Position numbers and translations under genes: made by a program. Below the pieces are notes generated by a model that was not told the DNA's origin, did no database searches, and worked only from the letters and a program-made list of their open reading frames with translations. A stretch of DNA of 64,000 nucleotides from Octopus sinensis (Eukaryota): NCBI RefSeq assembly GCF_006345805.1, contig NC_043003.1, positions 63,612,001 through 63,676,000 of the forward strand, given 5' to 3'. Shown piece after piece: positions 14,652 through 27,478 of this stretch. Position 1 is the first letter of the stretch, and each line of letters begins with the position of its first letter.

Positions 14652-14700
14652 AGGCGGCGAGCTGGCAGAAACGTTATCATGCCGGGCGAAATGCTTAGCG
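14652..14700 (+). mobile_element. SINE family B head (49 bp), interrupted by a Tx1 element
   Basis: AGGCGGCGAGCTGGCAGAAACGTTATCATGCCGGGCGAAATGCTTAGCG, then unrelated sequence. Confidence 0.9.
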
Positions 14701-14961
14701 ATTTTGTTACGTGTGATTAACTCTGTGGTGTATTCTTTGCTTGAAGGTTAGTGTTGAAATTAGTGTTGCTGAATTCTTTCATTGTTGTGTTTAATACCGT
14801 TCTGCGTGTGGCAGACAGAGTGAACTTTTATTCTCTTCTGTGAGGGGTGGGTGGGAATTGTCAATTTTTTTTGTGGTGTCTTTTCACAATTTATTTTGTT
14901 AAAAACGAATTCTTCCTCTGCAGAGAAAAAAAACTGTGAAAAGAACTTTGAAATATTAAGT

Positions 14962-16140
14962 ATGCCGACGGCAGAAAAACTTGTCGAACCAGCAAAAAAG
15001 TTTAATTTTGCAGCTGCGGCTGGAGTGAAAAAAAAGAAAAACTATGTATTGACAAAAATATACTAATGCAGCACCAAAACATGTTTGCAAAAGCCACCCT
15101 CCCGAGTGAAATTATAGAAGAAACCGCGAAACAAATAGTATTTAAAAGTCTTGTTCTAAAGGAAAAGAAACTAGACAAAGCACCAAAAGAAGCTATAGAA
15201 AAATGCCTACAACCGGTCTGGCAGGACATGGAATACCTGACCAGAGACAAACGCTTTGCCGCGGTAGTGGTGTATTTCAAAAGTGAAGACAAAGCAAAAA
15301 CTCACTCAGTACAATCTTTGAAAACCACGGACATTGTATGGCTGCCAACATACTTAGGCAGGCGCACATAAAAAATCACGATAGAAGAGATCCCGCCAGA
15401 AATAAACGTATCATGGCTACTCCCAGCCCTACTAATGGGAATAGAAGAAGAAATAACGATATTAGAGGCCTCAAAAATACACCAACAGAATTGGAAGGGG
15501 CAAGGCCTCGAGGTCATTATCCAAGCAGCACCTCAGACCCTAGAAATGATCGTAGAGAACATACACCTCGGAGAAGAAATCACCTTACGAGTAATGGTGG
15601 AGGGGAGAAGACCCCGGTGCTTCGAATGTGGAGAGAAAGGCCACATTCGGGCAAACTGTCCTACCTGTAAGGTGGAGACGGCCCAAAAAAAGGACGCAGA
15701 AGAGATATAGACACGGAAGACCGACCAACAGGCTCCCAGCAATGAAAACACTCAACCAGCTGGAAATGAAGACGGATGGTCTACGGTAAAAAGGAAGAAA
15801 TTAACCAAAAGGAAGAACCCAAATCCCACCCCCTCAACATCCAACTCGAACAAGAAAAAATCTCCCTCAACAGACACACACGAAACTCAAACAACCCTTC
15901 CCCCACCAAAACACCAACATCCCCTCCTTCCAACCCTGATAACCTCCCCTCCTTCCCACCCAGCCCTGATATTTCACCCCTCCAGTCCCCATCCTCCAGT
16001 CTCGATATCCCTCCCTCCGCACATCTCCTCCGCCCAGCCCAAGAAAAATCATCCCTCCCCTCCAATCCGGAAAAAAAATATGGCAAAACAAATTACTATT
16101 AGTGGCAATAAATGCCACGAACGAACAATTAACATCTAGA
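14962..16140 (+). pseudogene. Tx1 ORF1 (gag-like CCHC nucleic-acid-binding protein), disrupted
   Basis: ORFs 15066-15371 and 15435-15710 are one frame split by TAA at 15369; another stop at 15708; probable frameshift near 15066. Confidence 0.8.
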
Positions 16141-16388
16141 ATTTGAAATATTCCTACAACAGAAATCTTCACAGAACATTATACAAAACTTCCTGAAGGA
16201 ATTATGATAAAACGAATCGACAATATAAACCTTGCAATACTAAAATCATATTTCCCCATAGACATAGCCCTCGCCTCCCGAGGTTGGACTTCAGTAAGTC
16301 CATGTACGAGGACCTTTGTCAAACCACTCCACGAGCCCAGGTAAAGGAAAAGGACAAGGATGAAAGCCATTGATGCCAAGGTAAATAG

Positions 16389-16564
16389 ATGGTTTGTATT
16401 CGTGTTGGTTGTTTGAATGTGCGTGGCCTGGGGTCAAGCTGGAAGCAAGGTCGCTTCCTTAATGACATCAGGTCGCGCAATTTGGATGTCATTGTTGCTA
16501 CGGAAACCAGGTTAAGGGGGCCAAGAGATCTCCTCCCGCTATTTGATGACTACGAGAGTTTTAG
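16389..16564 (+). pseudogene. Tx1 ORF2 AP-endonuclease N-terminus (truncated)
   Basis: LNVRGL and D-V-I-V-A-T-E-T correspond to the first two APE motifs. Confidence 0.85.
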
Positions 16565-17705
16565 TCGTGAAATGATAACAATAATCATAAGATCAGGTCA
16601 AGAAAGAATTCGAGAAGAGATACTTAAAAAAATATAAAGCAAAATGCATTTCAGCGGCAATGTTATGAAGCAGTCTATCGCGTAAGGAATTCCGAGTCTT
16701 CGGAGGAAACGATCGTCGATTCATTTCAGGCTGATCTTAGCGTGAAGACGAATCAGAATTTGCTCTCGTGAATATTATATGCAAAATCTTTATCAAATTC
16801 ATATCTTCTTTGTCTTTCTGTGCCAGACAGTACACGTTTTTCACGTCTTTGATGTGATAACTCATTTATATTCATATCATTTTCTCTGTTACGAACTGAT
16901 GGATCTGTTAAGCCTTATGGTTGTATAACTGAAATTAGTCTCTGAATGTCGTAGTTTCTGAAGTGTGCAGGACAAATATATATTTTCACAAACTCAGTGG
17001 CATAGCTAGAGTGTGTAGCCACCCGGAGAAGCGCCTTGAGTTCGAACCCCAGCCCCCAAAATGTTTTTGTTATTAATGTATATTAAAAAGTTTCACTTTT
17101 GGATTTGGTTTGCAAGATTCTTTATGTGAGTTCGTGTGTTGAAGCATATTCTGTTGCGTCTGGGGAGAGTCATTCTCTTTTAGTGCCTTATAATTTAACA
17201 CTCACACCGGTAAAATTTCCACTTATTTCTTTTTTATTTTTCTAAAATTTTCGTTGCATCTTGCAATCTTTTCAGTGGTTTGATTCAAAACTATTGTATA
17301 CAAAGCAAGGTTGTATACAAACTCGCTACCAGTTCAAATATGCTCCTGGCATATTCGAATCCATAAGAAGGCATTTATTCGGATCCAAATATGCTTCAAG
17401 TGTATTTGAACTGGTAACATGTTTGTATTTACCCACATAACTGCTTAGCGCTTCTACCCCGTTTTAAACAGGTTGACTTACTGCCTACCCTGCACATTTA
17501 TTCACAGCACGTTCCTGACATATGTTTAGTTAAACTAATTTTAAATCTGTGAGTAGTGTCCCAACATTAGAAACACCTTTATTTTAATACAGCCTATACA
17601 GACTTATACAGCACAAACACACCACCCGGGGTGAATCGCTTCTTCTGGTTGTGCTACACGCTATCTTCGTGTGAGGGATCGACTGTTTTCTATAATGTCT
17701 TATTC

Positions 17706-17874
17706 AGGCGTAGTTGTGTGGCAAGAAGCTTGCATCACAACCACATGGTTCCGGGTTCAGGCATGCTGTGTGGCACCTTGAGCAAGTGTTCTCTACCATA
17801 CCCTCCTTCCAACCAAAGCCTTGTGAATGGATTTGGTAGACGGAAACAGAAAAAAGCTTGTCGAATATATACAT

Positions 17875-17931
<57 letters not shown>

Positions 17932-18125
17932 CAAATGTATGTGTGCGTTTGTGCTTGTGTAGTGTGTGTATGTGAGAGAGAAAGAGAGGGAGTCTTTGTG
18001 TTTCTGTTTCCCACCACAGTTTCACAATCGGTGTTAGAGTATTTACGTCCCTGTAACCTCACTGTTCGACAAAAGACACCGATAGAATAAGTACCAGGCT
18101 TTAAGGGGTCGATTCATTGGACTAA
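17706..18125 (+). mobile_element. SINE family A copy with expanded central microsatellite
   Basis: Head and body match family A. Confidence 0.85.
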
Positions 18126-21100
18126 AACTTCGAATCTATTCTTTTTCATTCGCAAAATGAGCCCCCTTTAATTCTGCTCAGATTGCTTTCAATTTTGGTG
18201 TATCGATGCAACTCTGAATTTTGATTACGATCAACCAGTTACTTTATCTCGTAAGTTAAAGAATCTGATGTTATTTGGAATCAAAGTTGGGAAATTTGGG
18301 TAATTTTAGGCAATCAATCGACAGTGTGGCATTAGCAGCTTGTTACCATGACAACCGCACGCAGTGTTGTGGTTCACTTGTTCTATGTTGATTTTTCACA
18401 CTTGATTCTTCACACAACGAGATTTTTTTCACCCGCGTGTTTTGTTTTAATTTTTCTGTATGTTAGTATATTACATATTTTTCTGTGCTTCTGTGTGTTA
18501 GTATTTTTCTGTGCTTTTTCTGTGTTAGTATTTTTACATATTGTTCCTTTCATATATTTTTCATATATATTCAGGGACTCATTCATTCAGATAGCTCTAT
18601 TTATGATTTCACTAGGTTAATTCTATTCATAAAAATTTGAATTAGGAGTATTTCTTAAACCGTTAGCTTCACATTTCAACAGTTTAAATGAAATTTAGCC
18701 CACGTAACAGGAACAGTGAGAGATACCGGGAAACAGAGAAACTGTGAGCTATACAGATAATTTGGCATTATTTTTTCATTTTTGGAGCAAATTCTTGGAG
18801 CATTATTTTTTCATTCTTGGAGCAAATTCTTTGTTGACCAGTGTTATTCTTATCGTAGTTTACAAATCCAAGTATGAAGACGTTACTCAACTTTGAGTTT
18901 TGGAGACAAACGCCCCCTTCACACACACATTAATGCATAAATGTACTTATAAACTTATATATGAATACATACATCCACATGCACTTATATATTTATGATG
19001 TACACAAATACATGACAGGTATGCATAATACTGAAATACGCATAAAGTAAACACATACAGACAAATATATTAATATAACAAGTTTTAAAAAAATAATAAT
19101 AAAAACATACAATCAATGAAGAGACAAGAGAAACAGTATGATGATACATGTTGATTTCATTAGGTATTTCTGTTTATTTAGAAACCTGCAATAAACCTGC
19201 AATGTCACAAACGCTAAACTATAATTTCACAGGGTACAACTTTAAGTTGACACCGCTCCGCGAAAGGCAGAAAATTCCTGTCTCGCTATTGGCTAAAAAT
19301 ACAGAGGTTTTCCAATTTTTAAACCTCTGCAACTTTTTCCTCCATTTTTTTTTTTTTCTTAGCAACATCATACCTTCATAGCAATGAGACTGGAAGACCA
19401 CATTATTATAGCCAATTTTCAGATTTTTTACTTCCTTGCAAAAAATGTACATTTTGCAAATGAAAAAAATAACTGTATCCAAAACTTCTTCAAAGCGGTA
19501 CCCCAGCATGGCCGCAGAAAATGAAAAGTAAGTAAAAAAATAAAAGCAAAAGATTTAAATAAAGATTGGAGATTCAAGTCTTTCTAATACCTTCACAGTT
19601 CTCGAAGATTTTATGTTTCATCCTTTAATTGACCTCTTACAGTCCATTCTGTTTTTGATTAAAAACGAATAACAGGAAGCAGAATTATCTTTTTCGAACC
19701 AGATATTTATAGAAGACGCATTTTAGTGCGTATATATTTAGAATAAACACTTGTGCGTTTAAGATACTGCTGTAGTCAGTCTTCGAATGCAGGAGTCGAT
19801 GTATCGTCAAGCTGTGAAGCAGCTTTGTAAGTGCGTCGGTCCCCATCTACTGCAACTTTAGAGCTGTTCGGGGCCACCCACCGATATAAGAGACAAAAAT
19901 TCCCGTACATCACCACGAGCTTGTTGAGTCAGGTGTTGCGACGCTGGGGCCAGATGTTCCTATCATCTTTATTGCTAGTTCTTGCCCTGCCAATCATTTT
20001 GTTTCACGAGCCAAGTGTAATGGCTGACATTCTCAACAGCGTCTGACAATTTTTCAGACGACATCTTTTCTCTCCTTCTTAGCTGGTTCAAAGCTCCCGA
20101 GCATCGAGTGAGCCCTGGTTCCAACTAATCCTCTAACGCTTTCTGAAGTAAAGTTATAAACGTATTTGTTAAATAACTATAACACTTGGTACCCAAACTA
20201 ACTTAGCATTAGAAAATACTACACAGATGGCTTAGGGACGATAAGAGAAGGAATGAGATTATTAAATAGCAGAAGGAAGCGCACGTATATATATATATAT
20301 GTGTGCGTGTGTGTGTGTGGTGTGTGTGTGTGTGTGTGTGTGTGCGTGTGCGTGTGCGTGCGTGTGTGTGCGTGTGTGTGTGTGTGTGTGTTGTGTGTGT
20401 GTGTGTGCGCGCGCGCGCGCTAGAATGTATTGAAAAATCTACTAGATAGCAAAATACCTTATTTGTAGAACGCCATATGGAGATGTCGGCAAGTTATCAC
20501 CATCAGTCAGTGTCGCAGTTAATATATAGAAACACATGTAAGGTGGAGCGGCACATGAGATAAATAGAAAGAAAAACAATCGCTCTTTCTTCACCACAAA
20601 CTACTATAATAGGATTTTCCTTTTCTTTTCCCTTCTTTTAAAATATATATATATATATATTTTTAACTTTCAGTAGTAATTGGAAGCAAGCTATTTCCAG
20701 AATTAGGAGCTAAAAATGAGTTAGAAACAGGAGAAACGAGAGACGACAAGAGCAAAGACAGTAAAGTTAAAGAAAACAAAAGATAGAAGTGAAATATATA
20801 GTGAGAAAGAAGTGCGATGGAAACGGTGCATGATTAAATAGGCTAAGAATGACAGACAGCAAAGTAAATGTATTGTAGACATGAAAGGGAAAGCTAAAAC
20901 GAAATATCTTAGCTTTAAACAAGTAAAGATTCAGACCTCCATCAAACACATATGTATGCAGGCATGACTGCCAGAGGGCGTTACGGAATGTTGTCTCTGA
21001 GTAAGGAGTTGTCAGTTAGCTGTGATCATTTTATGTAATAGAGATTATTTATTATTTGTTTATTTTTTATTTATGTTTTATTTTTTAAATTTTTATTTAT

Positions 21101-21267
21101 GTATTATTTTTTTAATGTTTATTACTATTTGTCATTATTATTTTGTCTGTTATAAACTTTAAACGAAGTCGAAGTTTATTATGTTTTCAGAAGAGATAGA
21201 CTTACAGCCACATCCGGGTGCCTATACGTTGTCATTTGACTTGCTAGAAATAGTACCTAAAGCTTCT

Positions 21268-21550
21268 GCAGGAGTGGTTGTGGGGTAAAGAAGCTAACTT
21301 CGCAGCCATGTGGTTTCTGGTTCAGTCCCATGGGTAGCACTTTGAACAAGTGTTTTCTGCTATAACTTTGGGCCAATCAATTCTTATAAGTGAATGTGTG
21401 TCTTTATGCTTGACAACCGGTGTTGTTTTGTTTTCGTCCCCTTAACTCAACGGTCGGGCAAAAGTAACCTTTAGAATAAGTACAAAGCTTTAAAAAAGTA
21501 CTGCAGTTGATTTGTCCAACCTCTTAAGGCGGTGTCCCAGCATGGCCGCA
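21268..21550 (+). mobile_element. SINE family A copy
   Basis: Head GCAGGAGTGGTTGTG.., tail GGCGGTGTCCCAGCATGGCCGCA. Confidence 0.8.
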
Positions 21551-21802
21551 TAAAAGGACATTGAATAATGTGGTCTTGCTTTTCCCCCCTTCCACATTGA
21601 GAAAAAAGGCGGGATTGTCACAGGATTAATAATAAAAGACAACAATATTCATAACCTTACAGGATTTTTCATATTCCACCTTAGCTGTTGTTGAAAGGCA
21701 AACCCTTTGAAATATATTTGAGATGCAGTAGAATCGCGTCAGTGACCAGGTTGCAGTTGGTGTGACGAATATTTGGATACCTAATAATAAATATTTAAGT
21801 TA

Positions 21803-22362
21803 TTGACGGCGGAACTCAAAGCAATCCAGCGAAGCTACACAAAGAAGATCATCTCAATGCGACACATCAGCTTCTGGGGAAGGCGGAAAAAGTTAAGACT
21901 CTACTCTGGAGAACGAAGTGGGGAAAAGCAATGCAGTAATATACATCTGGAAAATCCTGGAAGAACTCCTACTAAACTTTGGCATTGAAAATTACACAAA
22001 CAGTAGAACGGGGTACCACTGCATAGTACCATAGATCCCAAAATTGCCATCAGAATACAGGGCCAAATACTGCAATAGCTTGTGTTTCAAAACCACACAG
22101 CTCTTCAATATTCTCCCCAATAAGCCTGAGGGACCTACTTGGGGTAGATGCAAATGTCTTCAAAAGAGAACTGCATCTCCTTTCAAGTGTTCTGGTTGAA
22201 CTTACCTCGCGGCGGGAAACACAGATAAGGGCAGCAACATCAAACTCCCCTCATTCACCAAACGTCACATATCAGATGAGAGTTCAAGTGGTGAAAGTGT
22301 AGTAAAGCTAACGGCAGTGCCCCAGCATGGTTGCAGCTCTCGAGCTGAAACTAGTTAAAAGC
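21803..22362 (+). mobile_element. CR1-type LINE 3' end
   Basis: LTAELKAIQRSYTKKI..RKKLRLYS..AVIYIWKILEELLLNFGIENYTNSRTG..QLFNILP..VFKRELHL..RAATSN; tail hairpin CAGCT-CTCG-AGCTG. Confidence 0.88.
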
Positions 22363-22566
22363 GTTAAGTCTTTGTGTGCTATCCAATGGCTAACAACTAT
22401 CTTACATGCTGTAATTGTTTTGAAAATGTTCGTCAGTGGTTTTGAGAACGATAATTTATAAAATACTTGTATATCCCTCAGCTACATCTATTTTATTTCA
22501 GTTTCGCCGGTAGTCTGCTTGGAAAAGAAATGTTTTCTACATTTTTATCATATTCTTTCTTCAGAC

Positions 22567-22715
22567 GTGGCTATGTGGTAAAAATGTTGATTTCCAGCCA
22601 CATGATTCCGATTTCAATCCCACTGCGTGACACCTTAGGCAAAATGCCATCTACTATAGCCTCGGGCCGAGCAAAGCCTTGTTGGTGGATTTGGTAGATG
22701 GAAACTGAAAGAAGC
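22567..22715 (+). mobile_element. SINE family A, 5' half
   Basis: Head and CCTTAGGCAAAA..GGAAACTGAAAGAAGC segment. Confidence 0.8.
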
Positions 22716-23479
22716 TCACTGTACACACACACACAATTGATTTAGACAGCAGTACGGAAATGTGTACCAAAAGGAAAATTATAACCGGCAATGCTCGAAG
22801 GGTTACCAGAGACGACCCGAGCAGAAACTGACAAAGCGTGACTGCAACGACACATGCGCCCATACCTGACCTGATTGGCTAAGAACACAGTGCAGTGACT
22901 ATGACTGGACGACTACTGTCTTTAGTTGTTTGACACATCAATCCATTGATCTCCTACGCTCTCTTAGTCTACCATGTGTCATTTTAACTGATCAGAATGT
23001 TTACGAATATTCTGTATCCTATAATTTTATGGCTTTGCCTGTTAGACTGCGGCAATTCTTAACTGTTTGAAGGCTCATATCCAATCGTGCTTACCAATTC
23101 ATTGGAGGATCACTTTATATGAAAGCTGAAATATAATATCATAATTACTAATAAACCCATTTAACATATTGGATGCTATTAATTTTGAGCCACTTGATCT
23201 TTTATTACAGAGAGTTCTCTGTATATCATGTTTAATATCCAGGTGATTTCGAAAGAACGAAAGTTGTATACATCAACAGTAAACGAAAAATGACGTCACT
23301 TTGTCACCCTTTTCTTGCATACCCACATATAGACTCCGGCAACACCGGGTAATGTGAGCAGTCAAATGTTATAAAAATGAGGGCTGTGAAAGACATCTCT
23401 ATCCCTAAATAATAATCAAGTTTACTTGTCGTTAAAAGAAAGCAAATGCACAGTCTTGCTGTTTATAGTGCAATATTGT

Positions 23480-23692
23480 AGCTGTTGTTTCTAGTTTAAA
23501 CCGAAATTAGCTCTGTTTAAGTAGACCAATAATCAAAGACATTCCAGCTTACCTTTCTTTTACAAAGTGTTTCTAGGACTACATTAACCAATGTAGTATT
23601 TTTTTTCTCTAAGACAGTAATGTGTTTTCAGAGGGAGATTTGGTTGTTATTTCGCATAGGTCTGACAACCATGTAGAGTCTCCTTTGTCGGC
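23480..23692. repeat. Old interspersed repeat (family E); related copies near 21214-21260, 32955-33165, 53880-54030
   Basis: Shared motif similar to GAGCCTCYAYRTGGTYGYTYRACCTGCTAGAAATAGC in both orientations; class unassigned. Confidence 0.5.
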
Positions 23693-23837
23693 TGACATAA
23701 TGGAACGCTTGATCAAAGAGTAGTTAGGTAGCTTTCTCCATGAGTAATCGGTTTCCAGTTCGCTAATGAAATCAGAGATGTTATAATTCTTTTTAGCTGC
23801 ATTGTACTAAATGTACTCGTTAGCTCCGTTCCAACAG

Positions 23838-23878
23838 AATATATATATATATATATATAATATATATATATATATATA

Positions 23879-23909
<31 letters not shown>

Positions 23910-23932
23910 GTATATATATATATATATATGTG

Positions 23933-23976
<44 letters not shown>

Positions 23977-24065
23977 GTGTGTGTTTGTGTGTGTGTGTGT
24001 GTGTGTATAATATATATATGTGTGTGTGTGTGTGTGTGTATTATATATATATATATATATGTGTG

Positions 24066-24099
<34 letters not shown>

Positions 24100-25098
24100 T
24101 GTGTGTTGTGTGTGTGTATTATATATATATATATGTGTGTGTGTGTGTATATATTATATGTATATATATATATATGTGTGTGTGTGTATTATATATATAT
24201 ATGTATATATATATGTAATATATATATATGTAATATATATATATGTATATATATATATATGTATTATATATATGTATATATATATATATGTATATAATAT
24301 ATATATGTATATTATATATATGTATATATAATATATGTATATATATATATTGTATATATATATATATGTATATATATATATGTATATATATATATATGTA
24401 TATATAATATATATATATATATATGTGTGTATATATATATATATATGTATATATATATGTATATATATATATGTATATATATATATATGAATATATATAT
24501 ATGTATATATATATATGTATATATATATGTATATATATATGTATATGTATATGTATATATGTATATGTATATATGTATGTAATGTATATGTATATATATG
24601 TATATATATATGTAATGTAATGTATATATATATATGCATATATATGTATGTATATTATGTAATGTATATGTATATATATGCATATATATATATATGTATG
24701 TATATATATGTAATGTATATGTATATATATGCATATATATATATATGTATGTATATATATGTAATGTATATGTATATATATGCATATATATATATGTATG
24801 TATATATATGTAATGTATATGTATATATATGCATATATATATATATGTATGTATATATATGTAATGTATATGTATATATATGCATATATATATATATGTA
24901 TGTATATATATGTAATGTATATGTATATATATATACATATATATATGTATGCATATATATGTAATGTATATGTATATATATATACATATATATATATGTA
25001 TATATATGTATATATACATATATATATGTATATATATATGTAATGTATATACATATATATATATATAATGTATAGGTATGTACATATATACGTATATG

Positions 25099-25129
<31 letters not shown>

Positions 25130-25152
25130 AGAAATATATATAATGTCTATAT

Positions 25153-25183
<31 letters not shown>

Positions 25184-25280
25184 CCTATATACATACACGC
25201 ACATATATATACACACATGTATACGTATATATATTTATATGTGTGTGTGTATGTATGCGTGTATGTATGCATGCATATGT
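23838..25280. repeat. About 1.4 kb (TA)/(TG) low-complexity tract with an approximately 50-bp higher-order repeat at 24600-24990
   Basis: Directly visible; unit GTAATGTATATGTATATATATGCATATATATATATATGTATGTATATATAT recurs about seven times. Confidence 0.95.
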
Positions 25281-26159
25281 ATGTCAACTATCGTATGCAC
25301 ATTGTTCAGTTATAAAGACATCAGTATGATAACGAACTGACTGTAAAAACTATTTAAAAAAGTAAGTTTTGCAAGTCTTTTTTTTTTTTTGGCTTTTCGT
25401 CTTATTTTATGGTGTATCCTTTGTTTTAAACAAGTGAGACAACATTTGCAATTCTTAATTTACTCGTCATTGCAGTCAGTTATTCTAACATGGCTTAATC
25501 ATATAAACAATCTCTGAAGACAAAATAACACAAGCAACCGAATTAATTGCATGACAAGACGTCATCATACTTCAGTTAACAAAGAGAGATTCGAAAATAG
25601 ATTTATCATGTATTTACACTAAGACTTGAAAGAAATATAAACGAAATAAAATAATAAACCTTCAGGAAGAGTACACGTGACGAACAAGGGAAAAGGAAAA
25701 GAAAAAGAAAAGAGAGCAGTTTGGAATTGGAAAATTGTTTATGTTAGGGATGAATCGAGAAATAGGATTACATGGGAAATAAGATTTAATCGAAGTAAAA
25801 ACACAATAAGAGGAAAGCTAGCTATGTCAGCTAAGCTATCTGGTTTATACTTATTGACACACGGTGATGCATGAAGTTGTGAATTATCTCCTAAATTTAA
25901 CGCTAAATAAGATGAACCACAGCCTGGCCGATAGCGGTCGCTCAATCTATAAGAAATAGCTGTGGAATCTGTTTCCAACCTTACCCGTCCGTCTTACATA
26001 TACAAAATGTCGTCCGTCTTACATATACAAAATGTCGTCCAGTTATACTATCCTTTTAATAGCTTCAGCCATTGGTCTGCTGCTATGCCGAAGCAACTCT
26101 TACAAAGAGTTTATTCCATTGGGTACTTTATTTTATTGGTATTATCTAGTTTAAGGTAT

Positions 26160-26370
26160 TGAGCTGGTAGAATCGTTATCATGCCGAGCAAAATGCTTAG
26201 CGGTGTTTCGTCCGTCTTTGAATTTTTAGTTCAAATTCTCCCGAGGTCGACTTTGTCTTTCATCCTTTTGGGGTCGATAAATTGAGTATCAGTTGAATAC
26301 TAGGGCCGACGTACTCGAATTACCCACTTCCGCTGAAATTGCTGGCCTTGTGCCAAAATTTGAAATCACT
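26160..26370 (+). mobile_element. SINE family B copy
   Basis: Head, body and CCAAAATTTGAAA tail. Confidence 0.85.
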
Positions 26371-26937
26371 ATTATTGTCTATTTTTTTTTTTGAATGATT
26401 AAGTTATATCATCGAATGATTAAGATGCGTAAAAAGACACACCACGACGGTGCGTGTGTATGTGTGTGTGTGTGTGTTTCTTTTTCGGTAGGTACAAACA
26501 CAGGCACGCCTGCTGCATGAAAAGCTAGCAGTAAAGTGAGTGACGAAATAAAATTTAAGAACTAATAGCACAACACAACAAATATTGAAATACCAGGGTT
26601 CAAACTAAAGAATAGTATCTAAAAGACAACTTAATGAATAAATAACTAAATGAAAATTCTCGTCAGTGTAATTAATGAAAAATAAATTACTTTTTACTCT
26701 TATTTTTCCTTGCAGAGTAACCTGTTGAGCAGAAATCCTCTCTTCTCAAATTACTTTTTATAATTAAAACAGGAATGTTTCTCATGGATTAAACTCTTGA
26801 ATGCATTCGATTAGATTAAGTGTTTGCTGATGTTGAGGCAATGAATATATTCAGAGTATATACCTAATCTCCGAGCTAAAATTATAAATATACATATCAG
26901 TTGCAACTGGAAAAAATTGTCTGTTTAAAAATTATTT

Positions 26938-27341
26938 AGGCGCTGGCGTGGCTGTGTGGTAAGACTTTGCTTCTCAGCCACATGGTTCTGTGTTCAGCCC
27001 CACTACATGGTACCTTGAGCAAGTGTCTTCTACTGTAGCCTCGGTCCGACCAAAGCCTTGTGAGTGGATTTGGTAGACGGAAACTGGAAGAAGCCCGTCG
27101 CGTATATATGTGTATATGTTTGTTTGTGTGTGTGTGTGTCTGTGCCTGTGTTTTTCCCCCACCACTGCATGACAACCGGTGTTGGTGTGTTAATGCACCC
27201 GTAACTTAGCGGTTCAGCAAAAGAAATCGATAAGATAAATATCTGCCTTAAAAAAAGTACTGGGGTCGATTAGTTCAGCTAACATTTTTTCAAGGCACTG
27301 CCCCACCATGGCCGCAGTCTAATGACTGAAACAAGTAAAAG
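26938..27341 (+). mobile_element. SINE family A, full length
   Basis: Complete head to GACTGAAACAAGTAAAAG tail. Confidence 0.9.
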
Positions 27342-27478
27342 ATGAAGAGAAACAATGACAGGAACAATATGTCAAATTAGAAATCTTTGTCGTTAATATG
27401 ATACTTCCATGGTGGATGAAATAATGTACACGAGTCAGGTTCATCCGTTGTACGTCTTATCGATGTATTACTAGTCTA

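Larger units (their letters stand above)
14701..16564 (+). mobile_element. Tx1/L1-clade LINE 5' portion: 5' UTR, gag-like ORF1, start of ORF2; 3' part missing
   Basis: ORF1 zinc knuckle CFECGEKGHIRANC and a WSTVKRKK motif; ORF2 start MVCIRVGCLNVRGL..DVIVATET (AP endonuclease N-terminus); similarity stops near 16564. Confidence 0.9.

Noticed and set aside
16665-16725. GAAAC-GATC-GTC palindromic stem III
   Set aside because: No recognisable CUGANGA core or consistent stems I and II upstream.
17225-17290. Minus-strand CTGAAAA..TTGC/GCAA..GAAA motif
   Set aside because: Core is mutated and stem I does not pair; at most a decayed pLTR.
23908-25340. ORFs up to 365 aa rich in Y/I/C/V/H
   Set aside because: Stop-free (TA)/(TG) repeats; no coding signal.
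26716-26763. Strong acceptor TTTTCCTTGCAG
   Set aside because: All three frames stop within 16 codons and no donor follows; cannot be supported as coding.
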